From positions 79,487-143,486 of the forward strand of contig CAMBTO010000001.1 in assembly GCA_945870865.1 (NCBI GenBank): a DNA stretch of 64,000 nucleotides, given 5' to 3'. How positions within the stretch are numbered: the first letter of the stretch is position 1; the number at the start of each line of letters is the position of its first letter. Origin of the DNA: Klebsiella pneumoniae. Lineage in GTDB: Bacteria; Pseudomonadota; Gammaproteobacteria; Eutrophobiales; Eutrophobiaceae. Below are positions 40,591 through 51,404 of this stretch, piece by piece. The translations under genes were made by a program, and so were the position numbers. The notes under the pieces are model-generated. The model did not search any database and was not told the DNA's origin. It worked only from the letters and a program-made list of their open reading frames with translations.

Positions 40591-42720
40591 TCAACTTTTT
40601 TCACCCGGTAATGGCGTCTCGGCGGCAGCCTTTACTGAACGCGTCAACCTGAGATAGTTATTGTAAAGTGTGCTTATCTCGCGCACATAAGCAACAGTCT
40701 GCCCACATTGACAATCGCGCACAGTTTCCCCCTTGTTCTTGTAGGGTCTGGACATCTTCAACATGGCGAGCTCGACATTATTAAACCAGCGGTTTTTGTC
40801 CAGATTCATCTTTTCTGCCAGTCTTCTTGCCCGCTGCACGCGGTTATAGCCTGTATTATACGCGGCTAGTGCAAACCACAACCGATCTGACAGCGGCAAC
40901 TTCTCTTCAAACTGGCTGCGTAGGCGGTCCAGATACAGTACGCCTGCATGGATACTGTTGTCCGGGTTGTTCAGGTCACCCACACCAATAGTTTTCGCCG
41001 TTGCCGGCAGCACCTGCATCAGGCCAGACGCTCCGGAGGACGAAACCGCACGTGGATTAAACTGGCTCTCCTGGTACATCAAGGCTACGATCAAACGCCA
41101 GTCAAAACTGAAATGGTCCGCATACTTGTGCACGATATCATCATAGGGAGAGAGCTGATCTATACTGGCAAACAGACTGGAATCGGTATTTCTCAAATCG
41201 GGTTTTTCGATATATCTTGAATAGATAACGTTATAAAAACCCTTGCGGTATTCGGTTTCGATAAATTTATTCAACTCGGTCAGCAATTGTGAATCGGCCT
41301 GACGCACCAGCCATACCAGTGGATCGGACTCACCCAGCGAGAGTAACGTCTTCAGGTTCCTCTGACGCGAAAATTCCGCATTGACCTCATGACTACCTAT
41401 GACGGTCAGGTCATAGATTCCACGGGCAATACCAAATAACAAGGCCTCTGAGGTAACACCGGAATTTGCTACCTGTATTGTAACGTTGATGCCCTGATCC
41501 CGGATCCGTTCCAGCATGGGCAAATAGGGGCTGGATGCTGACAGGTGGATAACGCGGCCTGCCAGATCATGCACATCAGTCAGGCTCACATCCTCGCGCC
41601 CGACTATGACGGCAGAGGCATGATTATAGGGTATCGTTGCTGCAGTATGGGCCATGGTCGGCGTCAGAATGGCAGGCACAGAGGCCGCAATTACATCACC
41701 ATTACCCTCATTCAGATACTGATGCATTTCTGCCGTGGTGTCAGCAATGACCACATCAAGGCGCATGCCGTGGCGATCGGCAAACTTTTTGATCAGATCA
41801 TACTCGAATCCACGTAACCGCCCTCGGTCAAGGTAATAATTGACCGGTCCCCGAGAGGTCACCAGACGCAACATCTTGCGTGTCTTCAGGTCAGTGAAGT
41901 CCTCCCGATAACTTTTTGCCGTCTCCAGCTCAAGGTGCTTTTTATTCAGGAACCGGTTAAGCGATGACTGCAACTGAACAGCATCTCCCCGCACGGCCCA
42001 GTTCAAAAACATGTCCTCGGACAGGTCCATCAACACAGCCAGGTTATAGCTGAAATCCAGATCAGAGGGTATTTGCAGACTATCCACCACGGCCAGGTCA
42101 TAGCGACCGATCCTGACTCGATCAAATACTGTATAGACATCCTCATTGTCAGCGATGCTGACCAGCTGCATACCCGGGTGTTTATGGTCCAGCGAGGACA
42201 ATAATGGCCAGACCGGTGAGGTCGGACGAACGGCGATTTGCCTTTCTGTCAGGTCTGAGAGCGACTTCAGCGGCTGACTGCCCGACCTGCCTATGACCTG
42301 GCGCCGTGAAACTGCCCAGGGTAGTGTATAGAGGATCTCCCCTTCGGCGCCGCCAACTACCGGGGCACGCAAGGCAGCGACCATATCAGCCTCACCGTCC
42401 TCCAGCTTTTCACTCAGGCTGTTAATGTCTGCAACCGGGATCCAGCGTTGGGTCAGACCCTCGCCCAGGGCAAACTGATCCAGCAGGGCTGTTTCTTGTG
42501 CGCTGATTTCCGGCGCTCCCGGCCAGACCGGGATCAGGATGCGCAGTTGAGGCAGCGCGTCTGTTCCAGGTTTTACAGGAACCTGATTTGGGACTGATGC
42601 TAGCTTGGTTGTCTCCAGTACAGCATCCCGCCTTTTGGTCGGAAAACTGGAGAACGCGAAAACCAGCAGGACAACGGGGACTACTAAACGAAACAAAATG
42701 GGTATGGCTCGATTATACAA
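40591..42720 (-). CDS. mltF: membrane-bound lytic murein transglycosylase F-like (tandem periplasmic solute-binding domains plus C-terminal SLT domain)
   Basis: N-terminal signal/anchor, two SBP_bac_3-like domains, and an SLT catalytic region (...ESQFNPRAVSSSGASGLMQVLPATA...AYNTG). Confidence 0.8.
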   Translation of the reverse strand: MYNRAIPILFRLVVPVVLLVFAFSSFPTKRRDAVLETTKLASVPNQVPVKPGTDALPQLRILIPVWPGAPEISAQETALLDQFALGEGLTQRWIPVADINSLSEKLEDGEADMVAALRAPVVGGAEGEILYTLPWAVSRRQVIGRSGSQPLKSLSDLTERQIAVRPTSPVWPLLSSLDHKHPGMQLVSIADNEDVYTVFDRVRIGRYDLAVVDSLQIPSDLDFSYNLAVLMDLSEDMFLNWAVRGDAVQLQSSLNRFLNKKHLELETAKSYREDFTDLKTRKMLRLVTSRGPVNYYLDRGRLRGFEYDLIKKFADRHGMRLDVVIADTTAEMHQYLNEGNGDVIAASVPAILTPTMAHTAATIPYNHASAVIVGREDVSLTDVHDLAGRVIHLSASSPYLPMLERIRDQGINVTIQVANSGVTSEALLFGIARGIYDLTVIGSHEVNAEFSRQRNLKTLLSLGESDPLVWLVRQADSQLLTELNKFIETEYRKGFYNVIYSRYIEKPDLRNTDSSLFASIDQLSPYDDIVHKYADHFSFDWRLIVALMYQESQFNPRAVSSSGASGLMQVLPATAKTIGVGDLNNPDNSIHAGVLYLDRLRSQFEEKLPLSDRLWFALAAYNTGYNRVQRARRLAEKMNLDKNRWFNNVELAMLKMSRPYKNKGETVRDCQCGQTVAYVREISTLYNNYLRLTRSVKAAAETPLPGEKS

Positions 42721-42933
42721 GCGACTCCCCCCTTATTGATGTGCCAGCACTATACGATGATTTGAGGACTAATTCCTATATATAGCTACCATCTTCAAGT
42801 GGTATACAAAATATTGTATTCCCTTTTGTGTCCTGTTTATCACTGAATTGCAACAGCAAATAATCCGAACCTGACCTGACTGATGAATTAAATCTGTCTT
42901 TATTCAATGACTTATAAAAACTGTGAACACACA

Positions 42934-43602
42934 CTAACTTCTTGTGGCAAGCAGGCTGTCAAGCTGTATAAGCCGCTCCGGTGTCCCGATGTCGAACCAT
43001 CTACCCTTGAAATATTGACCGCTGACTTGCTGGTTCAACATCGCCTGTTTTAATAACGGAACCAGTGAAAAGAGCTGGGGATCGGTCCCGGAAAAAATCT
43101 GAGGGTCATAAACCCCTATGCCACTATAGGTCTGTAAGGTCTGCCCGGTTGTCGATAACAGGCCGTCCGTCAAGGCAAAATCACCGCCAGAGTTATGCGG
43201 TGGGTTATCCACCATAATCAGATGGGCCAGTCCTCCCGGGTAGGCAGGCAGGCTGCGGTAATCAAACTCGGTCCAAATATCACCGTTGACCAGAATAAAC
43301 GGCGCGTCCCCCAGCAGTGGCAAGGCCTTGCGGATACCCCCACCGGTTCCCAATGGCTCATCGCCTTCGTGGGAATAGTGGATATGGACCCCGAAACTGT
43401 CACCCTCGCGAAACCAGGCCTGTATCATCTCACCCAGCCTGCCGGTGTTTATTACAATCTTATCTACCGAGGCAGCCACAAGCGACTCTATATGATACTG
43501 CAATAAGGGTTTACCGCCGACCTGCAACAGGGGTTTGGGCGTATGCAAACTCAACGGCATCATCCGCGCTCCCTTGCCTGCAGCCAGTATCATCGCTTGC
43601 AT
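42934..43602 (-). CDS. murU: N-acetylmuramate alpha-1-phosphate uridylyltransferase-like nucleotidyltransferase
   Basis: MQAMILAAGKGARMMPLSLHTPKPLL.VGGKPLLQYHIESL...HYSHEGDEPLGTGGGIRKALPLLGDAPFILVNGDIWTEFD: near-colinear with Pseudomonas MurU as I recall it; 222 aa. Confidence 0.75.
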   Translation of the reverse strand: MQAMILAAGKGARMMPLSLHTPKPLLQVGGKPLLQYHIESLVAASVDKIVINTGRLGEMIQAWFREGDSFGVHIHYSHEGDEPLGTGGGIRKALPLLGDAPFILVNGDIWTEFDYRSLPAYPGGLAHLIMVDNPPHNSGGDFALTDGLLSTTGQTLQTYSGIGVYDPQIFSGTDPQLFSLVPLLKQAMLNQQVSGQYFKGRWFDIGTPERLIQLDSLLATRS

Positions 43603-43790
43603 GGGGTGTTATTCCTGTGAGCCAATGGCAACATTGACTGAATTATTCTGTTTAAGGTATACATTTCAGATTGGGTGACCTTCCAGTATTGATTTATGGC
43701 ATCATTACAGTAATAACATCAACCGAACCGTCGAATCAGACGACCCGTCAGGCAGCATAATTATGAAAGACAGCACAGGCAACAATAGAT

Positions 43791-44765
43791 ATGGGTGACA
43801 GGGAAAAACTGCGACAACTTGGCCGGGCTGTTATCGAGACCGAGGCAAACGCTGTTGCCGACCTGCTCGGGCGCATAGATGATAACTTTGTGGATGCGTG
43901 CAAATTGATACTGGCAAGCAAGGGCAGGACCGTTGTCATAGGCATGGGTAAATCGGGCCACATTGCGAGCAAGATTGCCGCCACACTGGCCAGCACCGGC
44001 ACGCCGGCGTTTTTTGTACATCCAGGTGAGGCCAGCCACGGCGATCTCGGCATGATTACCCCGGACGATGTTGTCATCATGCTATCCAATTCCGGTGAAA
44101 CTGACGAAATAATAACCCTGTTGCCGGTAATTAAACGATTGGGAATCCCGTTGATTGCCCTGACCGGCAATCCGGAGTCCACGCTGGCCAAAATTGCCAC
44201 CACACATATCGACGTCAGCGTGACCAGAGAGGCCTGTCCGCTCGGGCTGGCACCGACCGCCAGCACCACTGCCGCTCTGGTGATGGGTGATGCAATTGCG
44301 GTGGCATTGCTGGAGGCCAAGGGTTTCAGCAAGGAAGATTTTGCCCTGTCACATCCGGGAGGCATCCTTGGAAGAAAACTGCTGCTTCGCGTCAATGATA
44401 TAATGCATACCGGCAGCCGTATACCGAAGGTCTCACAACATACGCTTCTGCGTGATGCACTGATGGAAATGACACGCAAGGGATTCGGCACCACCGCTAT
44501 CATTGATGACAACGATAGAGTGGCTGGCATATTCACCGACGGCGATGTCAGGCGGATGCTTGATATCGGCATTGACTTGCATGCCAACAACATCGGCAAT
44601 TTCATGACTGCCGGATGCAAAACTATTCAGGCAACTGCACTGGCCGCAGAGGCCGTTAAAATGATGGAAGATTACAAAATCAATGTATTACTGGTCGTGG
44701 ATCATGATAACAAGCTCGCCGGCATCCTCAATATGCATGATCTACTGAGGGCGCGTGTTGTTTGA
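43791..44765 (+). CDS. kdsD: arabinose-5-phosphate isomerase (SIS plus tandem CBS)
   Basis: SIS motif GMGKSGHIASKIAATLASTGTPAFFVHPGEASHGDLGMI and C-terminal CBS pair. Confidence 0.9.
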   Translation: MGDREKLRQLGRAVIETEANAVADLLGRIDDNFVDACKLILASKGRTVVIGMGKSGHIASKIAATLASTGTPAFFVHPGEASHGDLGMITPDDVVIMLSNSGETDEIITLLPVIKRLGIPLIALTGNPESTLAKIATTHIDVSVTREACPLGLAPTASTTAALVMGDAIAVALLEAKGFSKEDFALSHPGGILGRKLLLRVNDIMHTGSRIPKVSQHTLLRDALMEMTRKGFGTTAIIDDNDRVAGIFTDGDVRRMLDIGIDLHANNIGNFMTAGCKTIQATALAAEAVKMMEDYKINVLLVVDHDNKLAGILNMHDLLRARVV

Positions 44766-45291
44766 TCTGCCCACAGTTCTGAAAAAAGCCGCTTTGATAC
44801 GGCTCGCCGTATTTGATGTTGATGGCGTATTGACCAGTGGTGACATTATCTATACCAGCAATAATCTGGAACAGAAAGTGTTCCATGTCCATGACGGGCT
44901 GGGACTGAAAATGCTGATGCGCAGTGGCTGTGAGGTTGCCATTATCACTTCGCGTAACTCTGCGATAGTGTCAACAAGAATGGCTGAACTGGGTATTGTC
45001 CACGTGCTGCAAGGCCAGGAGGATAAGCGCACAGCCATGATGTCGCTGATGCAAGCGCTGGGAGTCGACCCGGCCGGGGCGGCCTATACCGGGGATGATC
45101 TGATTGATCTCCCGGCCATGAAACTGTGCGGCCTGTCCTTCGCCGTTGCCAATGCACATCCTCTGGTAAAGTCGAACACGGACTGGACGACAGAAAAGCC
45201 GGGGGGTTCGGGCGCAGTCCGGGAAATATGCGAACTGTTACTCAAGGCACAGGGCAAACTGGACGCCATCTATGCTGAATACCTGCGCTAG
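44755..45291 (+). CDS. kdsC: 3-deoxy-D-manno-octulosonate 8-phosphate phosphatase
   Basis: HAD motif I FDVDGVLTSG and a conserved KdsC core (DGLG.K.L...G). Confidence 0.88.
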   Translation: MLFDLPTVLKKAALIRLAVFDVDGVLTSGDIIYTSNNLEQKVFHVHDGLGLKMLMRSGCEVAIITSRNSAIVSTRMAELGIVHVLQGQEDKRTAMMSLMQALGVDPAGAAYTGDDLIDLPAMKLCGLSFAVANAHPLVKSNTDWTTEKPGGSGAVREICELLLKAQGKLDAIYAEYLR

Positions 45292-45315
45292 AACAAAACC
45301 CTTCCGGAGATAATC

Positions 45316-45885
45316 TTGTCACGACGCCTGATCCTGTTCCTGATTCTTGCCGTCGCCGCGGTTGGCAGCGGCTGGCTGATGAAAAGGATTAGCGGGACTG
45401 AACCTGTCCCCTCCGTAAGTGACCGGATTGATCCGGATTATTATATGGAAGATTTTACAACAATCTCCATGGATGAAAATGGCCTGCCAGCAAGCAAACT
45501 ATACGCGGTATATATGGAACATAACCCGGCGGATGACACGCTGGAGTTGTATGAGCCGAACCTGGAAGTCTACCGGGGAGAATCAGACCCGCTGAGGATT
45601 ACAGCCGACACGGGCTGGGTGACAAATAATAACGAGGTGATCCTGTTACGCGGCAAGGTACGTATGTGGATCGAAGATGCGGCCGGCCAGGTAACATTGA
45701 ATGTAGATACGACCGAAGTACGGGTATTGTTGCTTGAAGAATATGCAGAGACGGACCAGAATGCGACTATTGTTGCCAAACGAACCACAGTTAAAGGACG
45801 GGGAATCCGGGCACATTTCGATGATAACCGACTGGAAATACTGGATCATGAACAGACTACAATTGCGCCGCCTAATCGGATTTAA
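45316..45885 (+). CDS. lptC: LPS export protein LptC
   Basis: N-terminal TM anchor and a periplasmic beta-jellyroll; sits between kdsC and lptA. Confidence 0.8.
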   Translation: MSRRLILFLILAVAAVGSGWLMKRISGTEPVPSVSDRIDPDYYMEDFTTISMDENGLPASKLYAVYMEHNPADDTLELYEPNLEVYRGESDPLRITADTGWVTNNNEVILLRGKVRMWIEDAAGQVTLNVDTTEVRVLLLEEYAETDQNATIVAKRTTVKGRGIRAHFDDNRLEILDHEQTTIAPPNRI

Positions 45886-46402
45886 CCTTGGCCTGCTAAT
45901 GTGCGTCAGTTCAGCCATGCTGTACGCCTTGTCGGCCGACAAAAATAAGGACATCGAAATTGAATCGAACTCTGCCTATCTCGATGATACAAAAAACGTC
46001 AGCGTCTATACAGGTAACGTAGTTGTCATCCAGGGCAGCATGCGGATCACCGGCGACAAGATGACAATTCTCTATAATGAAAACAATGAGTTGGACAAGA
46101 TTATTATGGAGGGTCAGCCCGCAACATTCAGGCAGATGCCAGATAACAGCATGGTCTACGATGAGGCCGAGGCACTGGTAATGGAATATTATGAAAGTAG
46201 GAGCCTGATCGTTCTGACGGACAAGGCCCGAGTTAAACAGGGTGACCGTCGACTGATAGCCGACCATGTGGAATACGATACCAACCTGAGCCAGGTCCGT
46301 GCCAACAGTAATGAAGCCACTACCAAAACCGATCCGGCGACGGACGCCCGGGTCAAACTGATTATCCCGGCAAGAAAAACAGGCACGGCCACCGGCAACT
46401 GA
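45848..46402 (+). CDS. lptA: LPS transport periplasmic protein LptA
   Basis: Signal peptide MNRLQLRRLIGFNLGLLMCVSSAMLYALSA and an OstA-like N-terminal domain (IESNSAYLDD...VYTGNVVVIQGSMRITGDKM). This start is chosen within the longer ORF-track call and overlaps the lptC 3' end. Confidence 0.8.
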   Translation: MNRLQLRRLIGFNLGLLMCVSSAMLYALSADKNKDIEIESNSAYLDDTKNVSVYTGNVVVIQGSMRITGDKMTILYNENNELDKIIMEGQPATFRQMPDNSMVYDEAEALVMEYYESRSLIVLTDKARVKQGDRRLIADHVEYDTNLSQVRANSNEATTKTDPATDARVKLIIPARKTGTATGN

Positions 46403-46446
46403 ACTTCCCTTTTATCGCTCACTGAAATACGACTGCTACTAAGATT

Positions 46447-47172
46447 ATGGGAATACTGTCCGCCAGAAACCTGTCCAAGAAATATCGTCGGCGCGAGGTA
46501 GTTCGTGATGTCAGCCTGACTGTAAACGAAGGCGAGATCGTCGGCCTGCTTGGTCCAAACGGTGCGGGGAAAACCACCAGTTTCCACATGCTGGTCGGAC
46601 TGATACCCTGTGACACCGGCAATATATTGCTCAACGAGCAGGATATAAGTCATTTGCCGATGGATAAACGTGCCCGGCTGGGCGTTGGTTACCTGCCCCA
46701 GGAATCTTCGATCTTCCGTAAACTGTCGGTGGAAGACAATATCATGGCCATTCTTGAAACACGTCCGGATATCAGCACGGAAGACGCCAAGGCCCAGCTT
46801 GAAGAGTTATTGCAGGAGTTTCACATCGTGCACCTGCGGGGTAGCCTCGGCATGAGTTTGTCCGGCGGGGAGCGCAGGCGCGTTGAAATCGCGCGTGCAC
46901 TTGCAGTTAACCCCAAATTCCTGCTGCTGGACGAGCCGTTTGCCGGAATCGACCCGATATCAATCGCCGATATCCAGCGTATCGTCAAATATCTGAGTGA
47001 GCGTGGCCTGGGCATCCTGATTACCGACCATAATGTCCGCGAAACACTGGGATCATGTGATCGGGCCTATATTGTCAATGATGGACGCATAATCGCGGAA
47101 GGGACGCCCGAACAGATTCTCGCCAATGAACACGTCAGGAATATTTACCTCGGCAACCAGTTCAGAATGTAG
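46447..47172 (+). CDS. lptB: LPS export ABC transporter ATPase LptB
   Basis: Walker [10 protein letters not shown], signature [15 protein letters not shown] and Walker [13 protein letters not shown]. Confidence 0.93.
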   Translation: MGILSARNLSKKYRRREVVRDVSLTVNEGEIVGLLGPNGAGKTTSFHMLVGLIPCDTGNILLNEQDISHLPMDKRARLGVGYLPQESSIFRKLSVEDNIMAILETRPDISTEDAKAQLEELLQEFHIVHLRGSLGMSLSGGERRRVEIARALAVNPKFLLLDEPFAGIDPISIADIQRIVKYLSERGLGILITDHNVRETLGSCDRAYIVNDGRIIAEGTPEQILANEHVRNIYLGNQFRM

Positions 47173-47226
47173 ATATTTTTACAGTAAATGACAAATATTG
47201 CGCGGTTTTTGCATTAAACTAATCTT

Positions 47227-48696
47227 ATGAAGCCGTCACTTCAGTTAAAAATCAGCCAGAGTCTAACCATGACCCCGCAGTTGCAGCAGGCGATACGTCT
47301 GTTACAACTGTCAACACTTGAGCTGCAAACCGAGATCCAGGACGCGCTGGATTCAAATATGATGCTGGAACTGGATGACGGTGGCGATGAGGCGCCGGAC
47401 TTTCCGGCAGAAATGCCAACAGAAACGCGCGAGGATATGCCTGAGCTGGAGCTCAAAAATGATATCAACAGCCTCGAACTGTCAGCGGATCTGACCGGTG
47501 ACCTGCCGGTAGATACAGCCTGGGACGATGTATTTGATGAAAATATTTCCTACAGCAGTAGTACGTCGACAGGCAATACGGATTACTTCGAAAACCAGAA
47601 ACCACGCGAAACTACACTCAGCAAACATTTGCTCTGGCAACTGAACCTGATTCCTGTCAGTGAAGCTGACAAGGCAATAGCAATGATCATCATCGATGAG
47701 CTTGATCAGGATGGTTATCTGCAAATAACCGTAGAGGACATCGTACCGCTCCTGGACGAGGAAATCGGAGCCGGTCCTGAGGAGGTTGCGGCGGTACTGC
47801 GGCTGGTACAAATGATGGAACCTGCGGGCATAGGCGCGCGCGATTTGCGGGAATGTCTGTTACTACAACTCGCGCAATGTGACCAGAACACGCCCTGGCT
47901 AGCCAAGGCATGTGAGGTGGGAAACCATCATATGCACCTGCTCGCAGCACACGATTATAACCAGCTGATGAAAAAACTAGGCCTGGATCGTAACCAGTTG
48001 TCTGAAACTATTGCACTTATCCAGTCGTTAAACCCCCGCCCGGCCAGACAAATACAGGATGACGCGATCGAATACATTGTTCCGGATATCTACGTTAAAA
48101 AACAAAACGGTCACTGGCTGGTCGAACTTAACGGTGATGCTACTCCTCGACTCAGAATCAATGCCGGATATGCAAACATGATAAAGCGTGCGGACGGCAG
48201 CGCTGACAACACCTCGCTCCGGGAACACCTACAGAAGGCGCGCTGGTTGATTAAAAGTCTGCAAAGTCGTTGCGAAACGCTGCTGAAGGTCTCGACCTGT
48301 ATTGTGGAAAGACAACAACCCTTTCTGGAGCACGGTGAACAGGCCATGCGGCCACTGGTGTTGCATGACATCGCCGAACAGCTTGGTATGCATGAGTCCA
48401 CTATTTCTAGGGTGACTACGAGAAAATATATGCACACTCCTCGTGGCATTTTCGAGCTGAAGTATTTTTTTTCCAGTCATGTCAGTACCGACGATGGTGG
48501 TGCGGCATCGTCGACCGCCATACGCGCCTTTATCAAAAAACTGGTAGCAGAAGAAGATACACAGAAACCACTGAGCGACAGCAGGATAGCCAAGGTACTT
48601 GGCGAACAAGGTATACAGGTTGCACGTCGGACCGTGGCCAAATATCGCGAGGCCATGGCAATACCACCATCCAATGAAAGAAAGCAGTTGATTTAA
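47227..48696 (+). CDS. rpoN: RNA polymerase sigma-54 factor
   Basis: Region I (LQLKISQSLTMTPQLQQAIRLLQLSTLEL), an acidic region II, and a C-terminal RpoN box (ARRTVAKYRE). Confidence 0.93.
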   Translation: MKPSLQLKISQSLTMTPQLQQAIRLLQLSTLELQTEIQDALDSNMMLELDDGGDEAPDFPAEMPTETREDMPELELKNDINSLELSADLTGDLPVDTAWDDVFDENISYSSSTSTGNTDYFENQKPRETTLSKHLLWQLNLIPVSEADKAIAMIIIDELDQDGYLQITVEDIVPLLDEEIGAGPEEVAAVLRLVQMMEPAGIGARDLRECLLLQLAQCDQNTPWLAKACEVGNHHMHLLAAHDYNQLMKKLGLDRNQLSETIALIQSLNPRPARQIQDDAIEYIVPDIYVKKQNGHWLVELNGDATPRLRINAGYANMIKRADGSADNTSLREHLQKARWLIKSLQSRCETLLKVSTCIVERQQPFLEHGEQAMRPLVLHDIAEQLGMHESTISRVTTRKYMHTPRGIFELKYFFSSHVSTDDGGAASSTAIRAFIKKLVAEEDTQKPLSDSRIAKVLGEQGIQVARRTVAKYREAMAIPPSNERKQLI

Positions 48697-48720
48697 CCCA
48701 ACTTTAAAACGGAGACTAAA

Positions 48721-49047
48721 ATGCAGACAAATATTACCGGTCGCCATCTGGACATCACGCCCGCGCTACGATCCTATGTGCATGAGAAGTTTGAGCGTCT
48801 GCAACGTCATTTTGATCATATCACCAACAGCCATGTCATACTGTCCATTGAAAAGGAACGGCAGAAAGCCGAGGCGAGCGTTCATGTCAATCGCGGCAAC
48901 CTGTTTGCCGAAGTCGAACACGAAGACATGTATGCTGCCATTGATATGCTGATAGACAAACTGGACCGGCAGCTGAAAAAGCACAAGGAAAAACTGACTG
49001 ACCATCACAAGGGCAATGGTGGTAATAAGGGTCAGGAACCACTCTAA
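48721..49047 (+). CDS. hpf: ribosome hibernation promoting factor
   Basis: MQTNITGRHLDITPALRSYVHEKFERL...: YfiA/HPF family. Confidence 0.9.
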   Translation: MQTNITGRHLDITPALRSYVHEKFERLQRHFDHITNSHVILSIEKERQKAEASVHVNRGNLFAEVEHEDMYAAIDMLIDKLDRQLKKHKEKLTDHHKGNGGNKGQEPL

Positions 49048-49082
49048 ACGAATCCATCATTCCCTTTTAACAAGGCATATTC

Positions 49083-49529
49083 ATGGAAATTTCTGAAATA
49101 CTGGCACCAGACCGGGTGGTCTGTAATATAAGTATCAACAGCAAGAAGGCGGCGCTGGAGACACTAGCAGGCATGATCGCCGCCGCTGACCCGGAGGTAA
49201 GTCAATCCGAAATATATGAAAGCCTTATTGCGCGAGAACGCCTCGGCAGCGCAGGTCTGGGGCAAGGCATTGCACTTCCCCATGGACGGAGAAAAGGCGG
49301 AACACACACACTGGCGGCATTCATGCGACTGCAAACACCCAAACAGTATGACGCCATTGATCACAAACCGGTCGACCTGCTTTTTGCGTTACTGGTCCCG
49401 GAAGCCTCTACCGAAGAGCACCTTAATATCCTGTCCAGGCTGGCAACGATGTTTAGCGAACCGGCTATCGTAAACAGTATACGCACCGGTGAAACCACCG
49501 AGGCCGTGTACATGATACTCACCCGATAG
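49083..49529 (+). CDS. ptsN: PTS IIA-like nitrogen regulatory protein EIIA-Ntr
   Basis: EIIA-2 fold with active-site His context GIALPHGR. Confidence 0.9.
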   Translation: MEISEILAPDRVVCNISINSKKAALETLAGMIAAADPEVSQSEIYESLIARERLGSAGLGQGIALPHGRRKGGTHTLAAFMRLQTPKQYDAIDHKPVDLLFALLVPEASTEEHLNILSRLATMFSEPAIVNSIRTGETTEAVYMILTR

Positions 49530-49534
49530 TATGT

Positions 49535-50539
49535 ATGACTGATCGCACGCATTCGATTGATATCAATTCGTTGTTTGAGCGCTACGGTGAAAAGTTAAAC
49601 CTGAGCTGGATAGGTGGTAAACGGGGGGAGAAGCGCTTTATCGTACCGGAGGAACCGCATGGACAGGGCGGGTTATACAGGCATCAGCAAACCAGACGAA
49701 ATGATACAACCGGTCTGCGATCGCTGGTTGGCTGTCTCAACCTGATCCACCCTCACCAAGTGCAGATCCTGGGCGCATTGGAACTCGACTATCTGGATTC
49801 ACTCCATGACCTCAGTCTGGATGAGTCGCTTAACCAGTTATTCCAGCACCACCCCGCCTGCATCATGCTGGCCGAAGATCAAAAACCTTCCGCGCGATTG
49901 TCCATGCGCTGTAACGAACTTCATGTGCCGCTGTTCAGTTCACCCCTGCCGAGCTATCGGCTGGCGTCCAGGCTACGCTATTACCTGGCGGATATGCTTG
50001 CCGAAACGATCATTCTGAATGGTGTATACATGGAAGTGATGGATGCCGGCGTCCTGATAACAGGTCCAAGCGGGGTAGGTAAAAGTGAGTTGGCACTGGA
50101 ACTGATCGCCCGTGGGCACCGGCTGATAGCCGATGATGCCACCAAGTTTTCACGCATCGGACCGGAACAGATATCCGGGACCTGTCCTGAAATTCTGCAA
50201 GATTTTCTTGAAGTTCGCGGGCTTGGCATCATCAATGTGAGGAACACGTACGGGGACAGTAGTATAAAGGACGAAAAGCTGCTGCGGCTGATTGTACGAC
50301 TGGAAGCGATGGAACGTTCGAGGCTGCTGCAACTGGATCGCCTGGACGGTGGCTCAACTATCCAGAACATTCTGGAAGTCGAGATTCCGGAAATTACCCT
50401 GCCGGTCGCACCCGGACGTAACCTCGCCGTATTACTTGAGTGCGCAGTGCGTAACCAGATACTCAAAATTCGCGGCTATAATGCCCCGGCAGAATTTATC
50501 AACAAACAACAGCAACTGATAGACCAGAATGATGACTGA
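49535..50539 (+). CDS. hprK: HPr kinase/phosphorylase
   Basis: P-loop GPSGVGKSELALELI and signature EVRGLGIINV. Confidence 0.85.
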   Translation: MTDRTHSIDINSLFERYGEKLNLSWIGGKRGEKRFIVPEEPHGQGGLYRHQQTRRNDTTGLRSLVGCLNLIHPHQVQILGALELDYLDSLHDLSLDESLNQLFQHHPACIMLAEDQKPSARLSMRCNELHVPLFSSPLPSYRLASRLRYYLADMLAETIILNGVYMEVMDAGVLITGPSGVGKSELALELIARGHRLIADDATKFSRIGPEQISGTCPEILQDFLEVRGLGIINVRNTYGDSSIKDEKLLRLIVRLEAMERSRLLQLDRLDGGSTIQNILEVEIPEITLPVAPGRNLAVLLECAVRNQILKIRGYNAPAEFINKQQQLIDQNDD

Positions 50540-51392
50540 TACCGAAAAACACAGGGTGGTTTTTGTCAGCGGACTCTCCGGGGCGGGAAAATCCGTCGTG
50601 TTACACACCCTGGAAGATCTGGATTTTTACTGTGTCGATAATTTCCCCATCAGTTTGCTGGACAAGCTGTCCGAACAAATCGACCAGTACCCCCGATCGA
50701 TCGCCATCGGTATCAACGTACGCTGTCAGGAACATCGGATTCAGGAACTGCCCCACACTATCAACCGGCTCAAGCTGAAGAGAATAGATGCCGAGCTTAT
50801 CTATCTGGAGGCGGATGACGAGGTCCTGACCAAACGGTTTTGCGAAACCCGGAGAAAACATCCGTTTTCAACAACGTTACAATCATTAGCGGATGCGATA
50901 GAAACCGAAAAGGAACTGCTTAGACCGCTGGCTATTATTGCCGACCTGAAAATTGACTCCAGTCATACTTCTGTCCACGATTTGCGTAAAATCATCAACG
51001 AGCGGGTAATGGGCAGGGGAGCCACCTCACTGTCGATCCAGTTGATGTCCTTTGGTTTCAAACACGGTACTCCGCGCGATGCTGATTTCATGTTTGATGT
51101 GCGCTGTCTGCCAAATCCCTACTGGACCAAAGATCTTCGGGCCTTTTCCGGCAAAGATGAACCGGTCAGGGAATACCTGCAACGCCAGCCGCTGGTAATG
51201 AAAATGTCTGAGCAACTGAACCAGTTTGTGTCAGAATGGATACCAAGTTTCGAGACGGAAAATCGCAGTTACCTGACAATTGCCATCGGCTGTACCGGTG
51301 GGCGTCACCGTTCTGTATTCCTGATTAACCAGATGGCAGAAAAAATCCAGGCCGAAGGCAGACAGGTGCTGGTCAGGCACCGGGACATGTAG
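50529..51392 (+). CDS. rapZ: RNase adapter protein RapZ (YhbJ)
   Basis: N-terminal Walker A VSGLSGAGKS and a conserved C-terminal GCTGGRHRSV motif. Confidence 0.9.
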   Translation: MMTDTEKHRVVFVSGLSGAGKSVVLHTLEDLDFYCVDNFPISLLDKLSEQIDQYPRSIAIGINVRCQEHRIQELPHTINRLKLKRIDAELIYLEADDEVLTKRFCETRRKHPFSTTLQSLADAIETEKELLRPLAIIADLKIDSSHTSVHDLRKIINERVMGRGATSLSIQLMSFGFKHGTPRDADFMFDVRCLPNPYWTKDLRAFSGKDEPVREYLQRQPLVMKMSEQLNQFVSEWIPSFETENRSYLTIAIGCTGGRHRSVFLINQMAEKIQAEGRQVLVRHRDM

Positions 51393-51404
51393 CAGGAGAA
51401 TAGC

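Noticed and set aside
43748-44620. 290-aa minus-strand ORF
   Set aside because: It is antisense to kdsD (SIS/CBS motifs clear on the plus strand).
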